From Perna viridis (Eukaryota), in assembly GCA_037379345.1 (NCBI GenBank), contig CM074514.1:37386001-37450000 (forward strand): 64,000 bases of DNA. Reading direction: 5' to 3'. Positions 11,980-24,093 of the stretch are shown here, piece by piece. The translations under genes and the position numbers were made by a program. Numbering within the stretch: position 1 is the stretch's first letter; the number at the start of each line of letters is the position of its first letter. The notes beneath the pieces were generated by a model. It saw only the letters and a list, made by a program, of their open reading frames with translations, was not told the origin of the DNA and ran no database searches.

Positions 11980-13227
11980 TTCTGCAAGACCTGTCTAAAT
12001 CAAACCTCTTTGGGACTGAAAAATGTGTTCAGTTTAGACAGGTGTTTGGTTTAAACAGATTCAAATTTCATAGATATTTAAAGAGAGTGCTGTCATACTT
12101 GTGTGCACAGGTTAGACAGGATTTCAATTAATTCAGTGCTCAGATTAGACAAGGCTTCAGTTAATTCAGAGCTTGGGTTTAGGCAGGGCTTCAATTAATT
12201 ATGACTTTGGGGTTTAGGCAGCATTTCAGTTTACTCAGGGTTCGATTAAGACAAGATTTCAGTTTACTCAGGGTGCCATTTAGACAGGATTTCAGTTTAC
12301 TCAGGGTGCGATTTAGACAAGATTTCAGTTTACTCAGGGTGTGGTTTCGACAGGATTTCGGTTACCCAGGGTGCTATTTAGACAGGATTTCAGTTTACCG
12401 GTACTCATGGTGCTATTTAGACAAGATTTTGGTTTACTCAGGGTGCCATTTAGACAGGATTTCGGTTTACTCAGGGTGTGATTTAGACAGGATTTCCGTT
12501 TACTCAGGGTGCGATTTAGACAGGATTTCCATTTTCTCAGGGTGGGATTTAGACTGGATTTCAGTTTACTCATGTTGCGATTTAGACAGGATTTCAATTT
12601 CATCAGGGTGTGATTAAGACAGGATTTCGATTTACTCAGGGTGTGATTTAGACTGGATTTCGGTTTACTCAGGGTATGATTTAGACAAGATTTCAGTTTA
12701 CTCAGGGTGTGATTTAGACAGAATTTCGGTTTACTCAGGGTGTGATTTAGACTGGATCTCAGTTTACTCAGGGTGTGATTTAGACAGGATTTCGGTTTAC
12801 TCAGGGTGGAATTTAGACTGGATCTCAGTTTACTCAGGGTGTGATTTAGACAAGATTTCAGTTTACTCAGGGTGTGATTTAGACAGAATTTCGGTTTACT
12901 CAGGGTGGGATTTAGACTGGATCTCAGTTTACTCAGGGTGTGATTTAGACAGGATTTCTGTTTACTCAGGGTGTGAATTAGACAGGATTTCATTTTACTC
13001 TGGGTGTGATTTAGACAGGAATTCAGTTTATTCAGGGTACGATTTAGACAGGATTTCCGTTTACTCAGGGTGGGATTTAGACTGGATCTCAGTTTACTCA
13101 GGTTGTGATTTAGACAGGATTTCGGTTTACTCAGGGTGTGATTTAGACAGGATTTCAGTTTACTCTGGGTGTGATTTAGACAGGATTTCATTTTATTCAG
13201 AGTTTGGTTAAGACAAGTTTTACTGTA
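11980..13227. mobile_element. TA-flanked MITE family M2 (TACAGT..AAACCTGTCTAAAC / GTTTAGACAGGTTTCACTGTA type) hosting an expanded array
   Basis: Degenerate left end GACCTGTCTAAATCAAAC; right end GGTTAAGACAAGTTTTACTGTA; body similar to copies at 27113, 39898, 51657 and 55716. Confidence 0.75.
12205..13215. repeat. Minisatellite, 33-bp unit, ~30 copies
   Basis: Unit GATTTAGACAGGATTTCGGTTTACTCAGGGTGT; explains the 11-aa periodic ORFs. Confidence 0.97.
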
Positions 13228-13575
13228 CTTTCTTTTCTTCATTTTCGTTTGTTCATGTTTTATTATATTTTGTCAGGGATACACAGTTCATCGTTTAGTA
13301 TAACCTTGCAGTTAACTGTTATTTGTTTTCATTCTTGGCATATTTTGTCAAAGCGTTACCATATGGTTTATATAGAGTCAATTTCTGTAACAGAAATTGA
13401 CAACTTCCTGTTTTGCCATTTTCATTCTGATAAATTCTCATACATCTCTTATAATGAAATATGTACAAAATGCTACTGCAGACAGACACAATGTCACAGA
13501 TAGCCACAGGCTTCGAATTTACTTTTAAGGGTGGATGTTCCTGGACTTTTGCAAGTTTCAAGTCAAAGATCTGAT

Positions 13576-13795
13576 TTAAGGAGGTAGACCTAGGGTAAGG
13601 GACACAACTCTTAAAAATCATTGGAACATTTGTATGCAGCATTTTACATCCATTTTAAGTAAGCATCTAATTAACTTGGATTGATTTTATTCAGCTTCAA
13701 ACAAAAGCTTGAGAGGCTTTGGTGAAATTGAATATGATACAAACATATCACTGATTTCAAGAGTTCTGTCCCTTACCCTAGGTCTACCACCTTAA
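13576..13795. mobile_element. TTAA-flanked MITE family K2 (Kolobok-like), 212 bp
   Basis: TTAA TSD both sides; 33-bp TIR GGAGGTAGACCTAGGGTAAGGGACACAACTCTT / AAGAGTTCTGTCCCTTACCCTAGGTCTACCACC with 2 mismatches; GG termini. Confidence 0.9.
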
Positions 13796-13861
13796 GAAAA
13801 CCAGAGGCTACAATAAAATGACTCCTGCATCAGGGGTATTAGGAAATGCATCTTAAAAGGT

Positions 13862-14025
13862 CTCTTACCAGGGTAGGAAACTCACTTAAATTCTAACTAG
13901 TCCTGAATACAATTTTTCAATATATTTACTATATGGCTGTATAAATTTTTGCTATAATTAGCCAGCCCTGCCAAAAAATAGCCTCGGGCTGGTGGACAGG
14001 GTACTATTTCTAACTCTGCTCTTAC
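13862..14025. mobile_element. 150-bp CAG...CTG MITE with 7-bp TSD (P- or hAT-like)
   Basis: CTCTTAC at 13862-13868 and 14019-14025 flanks CAGGGTAGGAAA...TTTCTAACTCTG. Confidence 0.6.
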
Positions 14026-14154
14026 TGAATTCTTTTTTAGATATCAGTCCTTGGTTCTAAAATAATGCGTAACGATTTGTTTTTTTTTTTTGGTGCTGAT
14101 GTGACCACTGATTTACCGATTATGATAATAGCATGCAAATGCTGTTTAATCACC

Positions 14155-14360
14155 AGTGGTATAGTCACGCAGCAATAGAACAGGGAGGTTTAGCATGCAG
14201 TAAAACCTAGATTTCACTCGTCATTTCATTTGAAATGCCTGTACCAAGTCAGGACCATAATTGTGGTACTAGCTGCTCCAGTGGTGTTGTATATATTTCG
14301 CCAGATTTATTTTGGACTTGTCTTGATTATGAATAGTATTAGTGTTGTGTAATTTTGTTT
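14155..14360 (+). mobile_element. Nin/Deu-domain-like SINE remnant
   Basis: GGGAGGTTTAGC..TAAAACCTAG..AAATGCCTGTACCAAGTCAGG resembles the conserved Nin/Deu SINE core (recalled, not searched). Confidence 0.5.
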
Positions 14361-15436
14361 TTACCCTTATTTGAAAAGATCGAAATTAAATTTCAAAGGT
14401 CCAAAGTTAAAATTTGACTGGACCTCAGACAACCACTAATTTGAAACCCAGACAGCTAAAAGGAGTTTAACAGTAGATAAATATCATCTTACTTTTTCAA
14501 ATTGAAATTCTCATTACGTTCTTTTTGAATCAGTATTATTTTATTTTTTCTGATTACAACTTTCTTCAATTCAGAACTTGTTATTGAGGCTGCCAGTGTA
14601 AATAAATGCAGTTTCTGTTAGGAAGGTCTTAGACTTAACTGGATGCTGGTCTTAACCGATATAGTCACATATTGTGAGCTACAAAGATCTTGTTTGAATA
14701 AAAGTTCACTTACCATAAATGCTTCAAAACCCTTTTTGTGTTTAAAATATATCTTTTTCATTAAATATGATCAAATAATGCATTTGACTTCCTTATATGG
14801 CAGATTTTACTCCTGAAACTTTTGTTTATTAGACAATTTGATAAATATTTTTGTTGAAAAGTCTTTTCAGTAGATACTGGTCTTATTGGCACCAGCAACA
14901 AAAAATTATTCTACATTTTTGGCAAACAAAATATTTTTTACTAAGCAATGAACAGAAATTAAAAAAAAAATATGATTCACTATTTTATCCATTATTTTTG
15001 CAGTGTTTATTTAAAAAAAAAATTAACCCTGAATCGTAGCTGGAAAACATTTTTTTGTCGTCACTGAACAAAAGATCCTGGTCCCCCTTCCCGTTAAAAA
15101 GAAAATATTCTGTTCCCTACATGAAGTATTTAACAAGGAAGGAAGATAAACTCACAAAATACTATGGTAAATATTTGCCAGAATTTTTTTTCACATAAGT
15201 TCATTTCAGACCAAACGTTTATTACACCAGTATGGTCAGAACTGCGTCATTCCCACTGGAAATTTATAAAACTAATTCTTCCTTTTCCTATAACCCTCAA
15301 GTAGCAAGTAAAAATTACCCTAATTATACACCATTTTAATGATCATTAAATCCTTACTACCACTGGGTAATTGGTGATCACTTGGAATGTACTACATATT
15401 TATATTGACTTACCAATTAATTTGCTATTATTTCAG

Positions 15437-15516
15437 TTGTACTGTGAGATTGTTGGGATGATTGGATTTGTGATCCAGACCATTTTGGAGAATTGGGAAC
15501 ATTTTTCTACTTTCAG
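15437..15516 (+). other. Candidate 80-nt exon (or recursive splice site at its 3' end)
   Basis: TATTATTTCAG acceptor and CAG|GTATGT donor; one open frame LYCEIVGMIGFVIQTILENWEHFSTF; no family recognised. Confidence 0.35.
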
Positions 15517-16060
15517 GTATGTTTAAAATTTCTGTATATGATTGTCATGTTGTATATGATTTTTTTTTAGTTTTTGAAATGAATTTTTGAAAGGCAAAAT
15601 TTTGAAAAATCAAGTTATGAAAGTTTTTACAAAAAATCTCATGAAAAGTGAAATGGTAAAAAAAACTTAATATTGTTTAGATTTGAAGTATATGGTTAAA
15701 TAATGTTTTTTTTGTTTTTTGTTTTTGTACCCTAGCTAAAAAAATAAGAGGTATATAGTGTCCCCTACATTGTTAAGAACCTGACGTCTTTTTTTCTGAA
15801 TGATATAATCTTTCAATACAATTCTTTGAACTATCAAATCAAAGTCCAATTTTATAATTGTAGTATTTCACATTTTCTGTACAAGAATTATGGCCCTTTT
15901 TCTTTTAGACTTTTTCATTTCTATACCTCCATTCAATAAGTGGATGGTTTATTGGAATCAATAAATAATGCCTGTCTGTCCTTTCTATTATTTTGAATTC
16001 TGTAACAGTTATCGCAGCTGCCAATTGATGGATTGGTTTGAAATTTGGTGTGTGGCTTTC

Positions 16061-16307
16061 TTTTTTAATGAGCAACTCTGCAGGTGTTTCTAGAAAAACA
16101 GAGGACACTTACCCTACCAGTGTACCTGGTCCATGCTCCCAGTTTTTAGTGTAGTCTGAGTTGCTCATTTATTTTTGTTACTTTGTATGTTTTATTTTAG
16201 TTACTTTATGCTCTTTGTTGTGTATGTCTGTTTTTCATGTCTGGTCTTTGTCCATGGATTACATTCTTTTGATTACTGCTATAACCTTGGTTCCCTTGAT
16301 ACTCTTT
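16061..16307 (+). mobile_element. Penelope-like (Naiad-type) 3' end, 5'-truncated
   Basis: Collinear with 25125-25371, from TGAGCAACTC to CCTTGGTTCCCTTGAT. Confidence 0.85.
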
Positions 16308-16659
16308 CTGTAGATGGTGCATACTAGTACATGGGTGCTTTCTGATATTAACTTCCTGCTTCATAGGTATTTGCCATTTTTTACTACATGGAATGATTGT
16401 GATTCATTTTGTATTAAGAAAATCGTGACTCCAAATGGGTGGATTTATTTTAAATTTGGTTTTATATAGGTAGGACATACATCGTTAGCTATTTTGGTTG
16501 CTGTTGAATATCAGCATCCTGTATGAGCATAAAAACACATGCAACTTCATGTTTTTAGATTTGATATGGAAGAAGAGTCGTAATTACAAGATGTACAAAT
16601 TTCATTCAGAAGTAGGGGTTGTCACAAAAATGACAGTTTTTCGTGAAGACAACCTAATA

Positions 16660-16864
16660 ATAGTCTTTTTAATGCCCTATAAAAGCATTAGAATCATTGT
16701 CTGAGCCATCCATTGTTGATTCAAAACAAACATTATACTTTTTGATATACATATGGTATGTACATGTACATTACATTGAAACAAAAAAAAATAGTTGGAT
16801 AGAATTTACCCTGTGCCACTCATATTATAGAATCTGCCTGATTTTTACATGGACAGCCTCTTAA
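16660..16864. mobile_element. Partial K3 MITE (right half)
   Basis: CTGAGCCATCCATTGTTGATT...CTGCCTGATTTTTACATGGACAGCCTCTTAA matches 3427-3590. Confidence 0.75.
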
Positions 16865-17503
16865 ATGTTAGAAAGAAATACTTGTGTGTGTCTGACCTTA
16901 TCTTTGAATAATCTGTGCAAAAAGTAACCCTCCCTAAAAACAGTCCTACAATTAATAATGATGAACATGATTTGAGAGGTTGTTTGCAGGTCTGTTTTGG
17001 CCCTTAACTTTTAGGTGGGATGAAGATTTTTAGCTATCTTCAATAAAACATTTGAGAGAGGAATTGTCATGGTTTTTGCCAAACAAAAGTACAAATGTAG
17101 TGAGAAAGGGTCAAAGTATGATATAAAGTTGTGAAATCCAACTTGTTAATCATGCATTCAGACTCTCCTTTCTGATTCACTGGTTTTTCCCTGTTGGCTT
17201 TTGGCCACATAACTGTTTTTAAACAATTTCATTCTCTTGGCAAAAGGTGCTATTTTTTTATTGTTTTGGTATAACTTCTACCTCAGTAATCATATTTTAG
17301 ATCAAGTACAATTGACAGAAAATGTTATGAAATATGACTGATTTTCAGTGAAAATTTTCCATTTTCGTTTATAGTTAAAACTGATAACCTTTCTTGTTGA
17401 TTTGTGACACCACCTCTTTAAGGTTTTAGCAAGTGAATTGGGCTCTTGGATTTAGTAAAATGTCTGTACATGTTAAATTTTGGAATTTTGCATAATTTTG
17501 TAG

Positions 17504-17706
17504 TACTGTGAAAGTACTTTAATTCGTGGATACCAATTTTCATGGATTTGGAAATAAACACAAGTTCATAGATTCTTGAATTTGTGGTTTTGAGGTTTTC
17601 AGTATACACATCAATGGGATTCTCCTTTTCATTGGGAACCAAATTTTGTGGTTTGGCCTATCCACGAAAACCGCAAAAATTGGTACCCAACGAACAATAG
17701 TGTTTT
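17504..17706. mobile_element. MITE family M1
   Basis: TACTGTGAAAGTACTTTAATTCGTGG...CCCAACGAACAATAG; right TIR eroded. Confidence 0.8.
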
Positions 17707-18357
17707 CTCTTTAACTATATTAAAGTCTGTGAATTCAACTTAATGAAACCTTGTTTCTTATATTTCTCAATTATACTCAAAACAAAAATCAAAGACCATG
17801 CATTATCAAAGTGTATTAGGTTAATTTTATGGAGGAAGTTTATCATTAATCAATAGAGCCTATTATATGAACAGGGATCCAGTAACATTCACAAATTATC
17901 TACCACTTCCTACAATCTCTTACGTCATATTATGGAATCGTATTTCACATGGGCATGATTGCATCCTTCCCGTTCTAAGTATCATAATTACTGAAGGAAC
18001 GACTCTCATTTCTGGATATTTCCTTAATGGACAAAAACAAATTATGGTTTAATAATCATTATAATTTGAAAGGGCATGATGATTATGAAGAATAACGCCA
18101 GAGAAAATAACCCAGAAATTCAAAGGAAGTGCTAAACTTTTCTGTCCCTTATGCTTAGTCATGGTGAAAGTTACATAGTGCCAGTTAATGGCAAACCAAT
18201 AGTATTTGATGGTTCTGAGACCCTACCTGGCCTGTGTATCATTAAAAATTTCAACTTGAAAATTTCCTCAAATTATGCTAAAAATCTTCATCCCACCTAA
18301 AAAGTTTAGGGCCAATTTCCAGCAATTTGGATTGAGGAAAGAATTGAGGAATGAAGT

Positions 18358-18495
18358 TTAGCCTGGGTTTCACAAAAAAAAAAAAGAATCTCATATGAGA
18401 ATTTTCTCAAATCTTTGATTTCATGTGATCTGATTGGTGGAAATTAGAGTTGAGAAAGGAAAATCTCAGTATGAGAATTTCTATGAAACCTGGGC
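18358..18495. mobile_element. Small palindromic Harbinger-like MITE
   Basis: GCCTGGGTTTCACAAAA / TTCTATGAAACCTGGGC ends; internal TCTCA/TGAGA inverted motifs. Confidence 0.6.
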
Positions 18496-21124
18496 GCTAA
18501 TGACTGCCTCATTACCTATTTTTATTACCCTATAAATAAAATAAAATAAATCACCTCCCTAATAATTTTTACTGGTTGTAATGCCTCACTCCCTGAATGA
18601 TTTTAAATGATTTCATGAAAAATTCCCTGAGAACCAATTGTTATTCAAAAATACCAGTCATATAAATATTGCAAATTTCTGTATGCTTTTAAAGTATTTC
18701 AAGCAGAAGCCTCTGATCTACAGCATTAGAACTAACAACTTGTATGTAGGTAGTTAAAGTTTAAAAAAATGTACAAGTATATACAAAAAATTAAATTGGT
18801 ATGGCACTCACTGGGTATCCTAACTCCCATGGTAGCCAATCCAGATAAATGATTTCATACATATATGGTAAAATCCCTTGAAAAATTAACATTCTAGAAA
18901 TGATTGTAATTGTGTAATTGTTTTTTTAAATAATTGAAATATGCATTAGTCTCAAAATAAAAATTTCCAAACTTAACCCAGAAAAAGTTTTCTTTCTACA
19001 AATTGAATAATTGCAACTTGCAAGAAAATCAGAAAAAAAATAAACGCACCCAATGATTTCTGAATTGACATGCCATGCCATGCAATGCATTGTATTAATG
19101 AGATAAAAGAGGATTACTGATATTTGCATTCAAGTCATTTCAAGGATAACTATAATGCATTTGACATTGACTCATGGGAAAAGTGATTATTTGCCATGGT
19201 TTTATACCCTCTGGTTACCTTGTATGTATTACATTATGGCATGCATGTTGCATGTAAAAGTGAATTGGAACACACCTTGAATCAAGTTGAGTAAATGTCA
19301 TTTTATGATATTGAATTGAGATTTTTTTCTGTTAATAAATGTGCATGGGTGTTTTCTGTGTAAAAAATGCATATGGAATAGTTGTAATTAAGTTAATGTG
19401 CATCATTTTAGGTGAGGAAATAAATCCATTATTTATATTAACAAATGCAGATTGAACTCATTTCTAATTGGTTGTCTCTAGAGTAGAATGTCTTCAGTTC
19501 TGCCAGCTGCATCTTTTATGCTACAACAAAATAAATAGTTGATTACATAGAAAAAACTGTGATCACTGTTCCGACCCCCCCCCCCTCTTTTTCTTTTTGG
19601 AATTTCTGTATCAACTACTGGGAGTTATTCTCCACACTTGGAAAATTAAAATCATTTCAGATGTTGGTAATCATCGCATAAAGTCTAAAATCTTGTTACC
19701 TTTCAATTCCTTTACTCTTAAAGTAAATAAATTGACTGGAATACACTACATGTAGTGTACTTCATAAAGTTTAAATATTAAAATTCTCCAAATTTTGTTA
19801 CTTGAACTTACATCATTGTGTTGGACTTATTTCCAGAGAGTCCTGGTCAGTGACTCTAATTGTTGTATCATCGCTTGTACCTCATTGATCCCCAAGTCAA
19901 CTGTAAAAACAGCTGATTAAAATGTAAACATTGGAAAAACATCAAAAGAAAAATCCCTAAATCTATGTTCATAGGCTTAAAACAAAGAAACTTCAAGTCA
20001 TTCTTGAGTTTGGTCCAAAATATTTTACATAAAATAACATTCTTACTTGGGAACAAATTCCCCTTATGCAAAACTAAAAATTTTCATTACATCAAAGGAA
20101 AAAATTAAGGCTAAGGAAAGAAATTTTAGGATTTATTATATAGTAAGGTCAGTTTCTTTATTAAAGATAGCTATATTGCTGAGTAGGGATTTAGACAAAA
20201 AATAAGTGGAATCAGATTATAAAAGACGCTATGACAGATATTTTTGGTGGAAACAAAGCATTCTTGAGAGTCTTCATTTACAGAAATTCTTTAGTCTAAT
20301 ATGATAAACCAGAAAAGTGGATTAGTAGATTAGACCATATTATAGAAATTCTTTGGTCAATTTCAAACCACCACGTCAATGCTGAATGAATGTGGATTAT
20401 AAAATGAGGCTCTGTGTTGTGTCAAATTACAATGTGCAGGGTTGGACTTTTCTATAATCCTGATTAGTATGTGGACCACACACATGTAATTATGAATTGA
20501 TGCATGTTCAATTATTATGTTGTCCAAGTTCGGAATTTCATAAAATAGTAAGGGATATTTATAGTTTAACTGACCTTTTGATACATGCACTGTAGGTCAT
20601 GACTTTAGTCACATGATTCGTTACGTTCAGTTATCGCAACAAATTTTGGCTCTATTTTTTTAACAACATTCGTAATGGACAGAGCGCAACATCTCAATGA
20701 GTACCCGTCTCTAACGACAGCTGTGGTTAGTTGTATTAATTTATAATTGTTCAGTATTACTTTTATTCATATTAATATATTTCGTAATTTAAAAATTGCA
20801 ATTTAAAAAAAAACAAGCAACATCAATAATGTAAATTAATTTTCTCTCTAATAATTGTTTATGGTTACAAAGCCTAGGATACTAAAAAAATTTCAGTAAA
20901 TTTCAATATTCAGAGATGTGTTTCAGTATCTGCACTTTATTAGACTAAAATATTATGTTTGCATATTGAACTTACTTGACATCCCTCAACTTGTAAAATA
21001 TATCAAAAATATTTAAGGATGTGATTTATCGGTGGATTTGCGGATTTCTGTTCTTTACTGTTGTGATTTTTTTGTTTTTCTGCGAATATTCTTCTGATTT
21101 AACCAATTTCCTCTACTTCTCAAG

Positions 21125-21472
21125 TCATATCCCTGTATTTCTGCATGTCATATCCCTGTATTTCTGCATGTCCTATCCCTGTATTTCTGCATGTCATATC
21201 CCTGTATTTCTGCCTGTATTTCTGCATTCCTATCCCTGTATTTCTACATGTCCTATCCCTGTATTTCTACATGTCCTATCCCTGTATTTCTTCATTTCTT
21301 ATCCCTGTATTTCTACATGTCCTATCCCTGTATTTCTGCATGTTATATCCCTGTATTTCTACATGTCCTATCCCTGTATTTCTGCATGTTATATCCCTGT
21401 ATTTCTTCATGTCCTATCCCTATATTTCTGCATGTCCTATCCCTGTATTTCTGCATGTCATATGCCTGTATA
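21125..21472. repeat. Minisatellite, 23-bp unit, ~15 copies
   Basis: Unit CCCTGTATTTCTGCATGTCCTAT; period 21131 to 21154. Confidence 0.95.
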
Positions 21473-22635
21473 TTGGTAAAGTCTTCTTTTAAGCTAATCT
21501 TAAAAATACAAGAAATGTATGTAAAACATAGAAATGGAAGTAGTTCATGTGTATTTTTTAGGTCAAAATTTTGTTTTCAGAATTTTGTTTTCTTAAAAAT
21601 GCTTAAGGTATTACTATATTCGGAAACTTTGAAGTCTTACTTTTTGTGGCCTGAAATACTTCAGAACTTTACAAAATAGTGTATCCTTATAATGAAATGG
21701 ACATTAAATTCTGATTTGGCTTATTAATCCATTCTCCAGAGTCCAAATTTTTAGTCCTTTTTCATCCTTTGAGGAAGGACTCAAAATCTTAGATAATGGA
21801 GGAATGACTACACTCTTGAAATTAAATTTTTATGAACCATGAAGGAATCAAAACTGTCAAATTTTAAATTGAACAATTAAATACAGTTTAGTTAAAATTG
21901 TTTCATGAACATAGATAATTGCACAATTTTATAGATAATATACCCTATATAATTTAATTGTTAACATATGCATCTAGTCAAAAGAAATTAATCTTTATTT
22001 GGATTCTTTAGTTATTGATAATAAAATTGCTGACTGAATAATAAATAAGGTTAATATCTTCTAGCTGTGTACCAAAGTCTTAAAATTATGCAAAATGTTA
22101 TATGTTGCAATTGTGGTTTGGCCTATGGGGGTTTCTTGTAGACCAAAGTCTTACGGCATTATTCAAATATAATTTACGTTAAAATATTTGTGTAACAAAC
22201 AGTAATAAAGCTTATACCCCACTTCATTGGTAGGCAAAAGAATTAGTGACATAATTATATATGTACTGCTTAATAAGCAAATATTTGAAGGTTTTTAAAA
22301 ATGATAGCCGCAAATTTTTTATCATATAGATTATGAATGAACTGGTACCTTTAAGTGAACAAAAGATGGAATGTGCGTTTATTATAAAACCCAAGTCCCA
22401 CACATCAAATTATTGGTTTGACATAGGTTGACCTAGATTAAAGATCAGCCGCACCATAAAAAGACATTCATCCTATTTTCCTATTGTCCGTGAGTGCTTT
22501 AAAACAATTCATCTTGCTCAACTTGGTATTTCAGGTGACAATTGTAAAATTCCTTTATAATTTACAAACTAATTTGCATTGTTATGTCGACATGGTGATG
22601 AAACATTGTTAAAATTCTGAAATAATTTGTTACAG

Positions 22636-22726
22636 GACGGAGGAGGGTCTATGAGTATACTGACTATACTATGTTCATCTAGGAAGAAATAGCTCAGTGA
22701 CATTTTATATTCTGCTATATATAATG
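22636..22726 (+). other. Candidate non-coding/5'UTR exon ending in ATG
   Basis: TTTGTTACAG acceptor and ATG|GTAAGT consensus donor; stops in all three frames. Confidence 0.3.
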
Positions 22727-22851
22727 GTAAGTAAAATATTTGCATTACCTCAGCTGCACTCTTAATCTGGAAAAAAGTTTCTTTTATCATAAATTACAAT
22801 TTTTTGCATGCATTTACTTTTGCAATTATGATTTTAAAATTTTTTTACAAA

Positions 22852-23438
22852 ATAAGTAACTGTCTTTGTAAGGATCATGCAAAATCTGAAAAATGTGATA
22901 CACCCCAAATAAGGCTACTTATTTTTATTTTTGTAATTAAGTTGTTATATGGGTCTATACTATGAAATGTGTAATAATTCATTCAAATCTGCCTGCTTTT
23001 GTGGCAGAGTGGAATTTAACCAGGAATTGACTGTGGATATAATATTCATTTAATGTTACTCTTTATATATATTTATGTATTGTATTTTATTTATTATATG
23101 ATATATGATTTGAGATTAATAAACGAATGGTTTATATGTTTATTAAAACTTACTCACATTTATATTAAAATGTATACATATTGTTACTTGTATCAGTGTA
23201 ATTGCAGGAGATAATCAACATTAAAAATGCAATAGATTCTATTGCATTTGAGTGTCATTTACAGAGTTATCGCCCTTAATTTTGAAATTTTATCTCCTAA
23301 GAACACAGGTTATATGAAAAATTGAATATTTATTTCTGTTTACTATGGTAATTCAAATAAAATATCAGAAATAAAAATATGTAGGCTTTTAACCCATGAA
23401 TCACATTTTGCATGGTTCTTAGCTGGAGTACTACTTAA
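22852..23438. mobile_element. K1 MITE with an internal AT-rich insertion
   Basis: TAAGTAACTGTCTTTGTAAGGATCATGCAAAA...TTTTGCATGGTTCTTAGCTGGAGTACTACTTAA; ~190 bp longer than other copies. Confidence 0.8.
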
Positions 23439-23866
23439 TTGCTTCAACAAAAACTGTAGCCATTATTGTTTATTTACTAGTAGGTTCATATTCTTCCAAA
23501 AATATTAAGCTTAGACTAATAATTTCAGTCAACCAACAACTTTCAATAGAGAACTAATTTCTTCCTAAAAAAAGACTTTTGAAAAATGCACACATAAAAA
23601 AAGTCTTAATACTCAGTAAAATATCTGCTGAGTTTGTCTTTATTGTTTCCAAACAACAGAAATTTCAGAAAATTAACAACCAGATCTTTACCAAAGAAAC
23701 AAAGAATTACCTAAGCTTGGCCTAATTTTGATATATGGGGACCACTTGTAGCGTGGTACTGTATATTAGTACCATTAGTCAACAGATTGATGTATGTTTA
23801 GAAAGCATGATCTACATCATATAACCCAAGTGTTTTGCAATTCAAATGAGTTTGTCTTGGTTATGT

Positions 23867-24093
23867 TTAGGCCAAAAAAAAGAATAGTCTTGTTTCTTGC
23901 TACCATCAACAAACAAATAGGGTAGGTAGAGAAATTATTTTATTTTCTTTACTCATTCTACACTGAGTTAATTTGGGAAACTATCTAGACTTAAATAGTG
24001 CTTGAGCCAAAATGGTATAAAATGTTTAGAGTAGGCACAACTAAGGGTAGATAGGGTAGCAGGAAACAAACATTTTGTTTGTCCTTGGTTTAG
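23867..24093. mobile_element. Harbinger-like MITE related to 7136-7365
   Basis: TTAGGCCAAAAAAA..TGTTTCTTGCTACC / GGTAGCAGGAAACA..TTGGTTTA; GGGTAGG internal motif shared. Confidence 0.55.

Noticed and set aside
12334-13242. 302-aa ORF with SCLNHTLSKPK repeats (and the 138-aa ORF opposite)
   Set aside because: Arises from a stop-free frame of a 33-bp tandem array inside a MITE; no evidence of a real gene.
21021-21679. Three overlapping Cys/hydrophobic ORFs
   Set aside because: All three frames are the 23-bp minisatellite read through; artefact.
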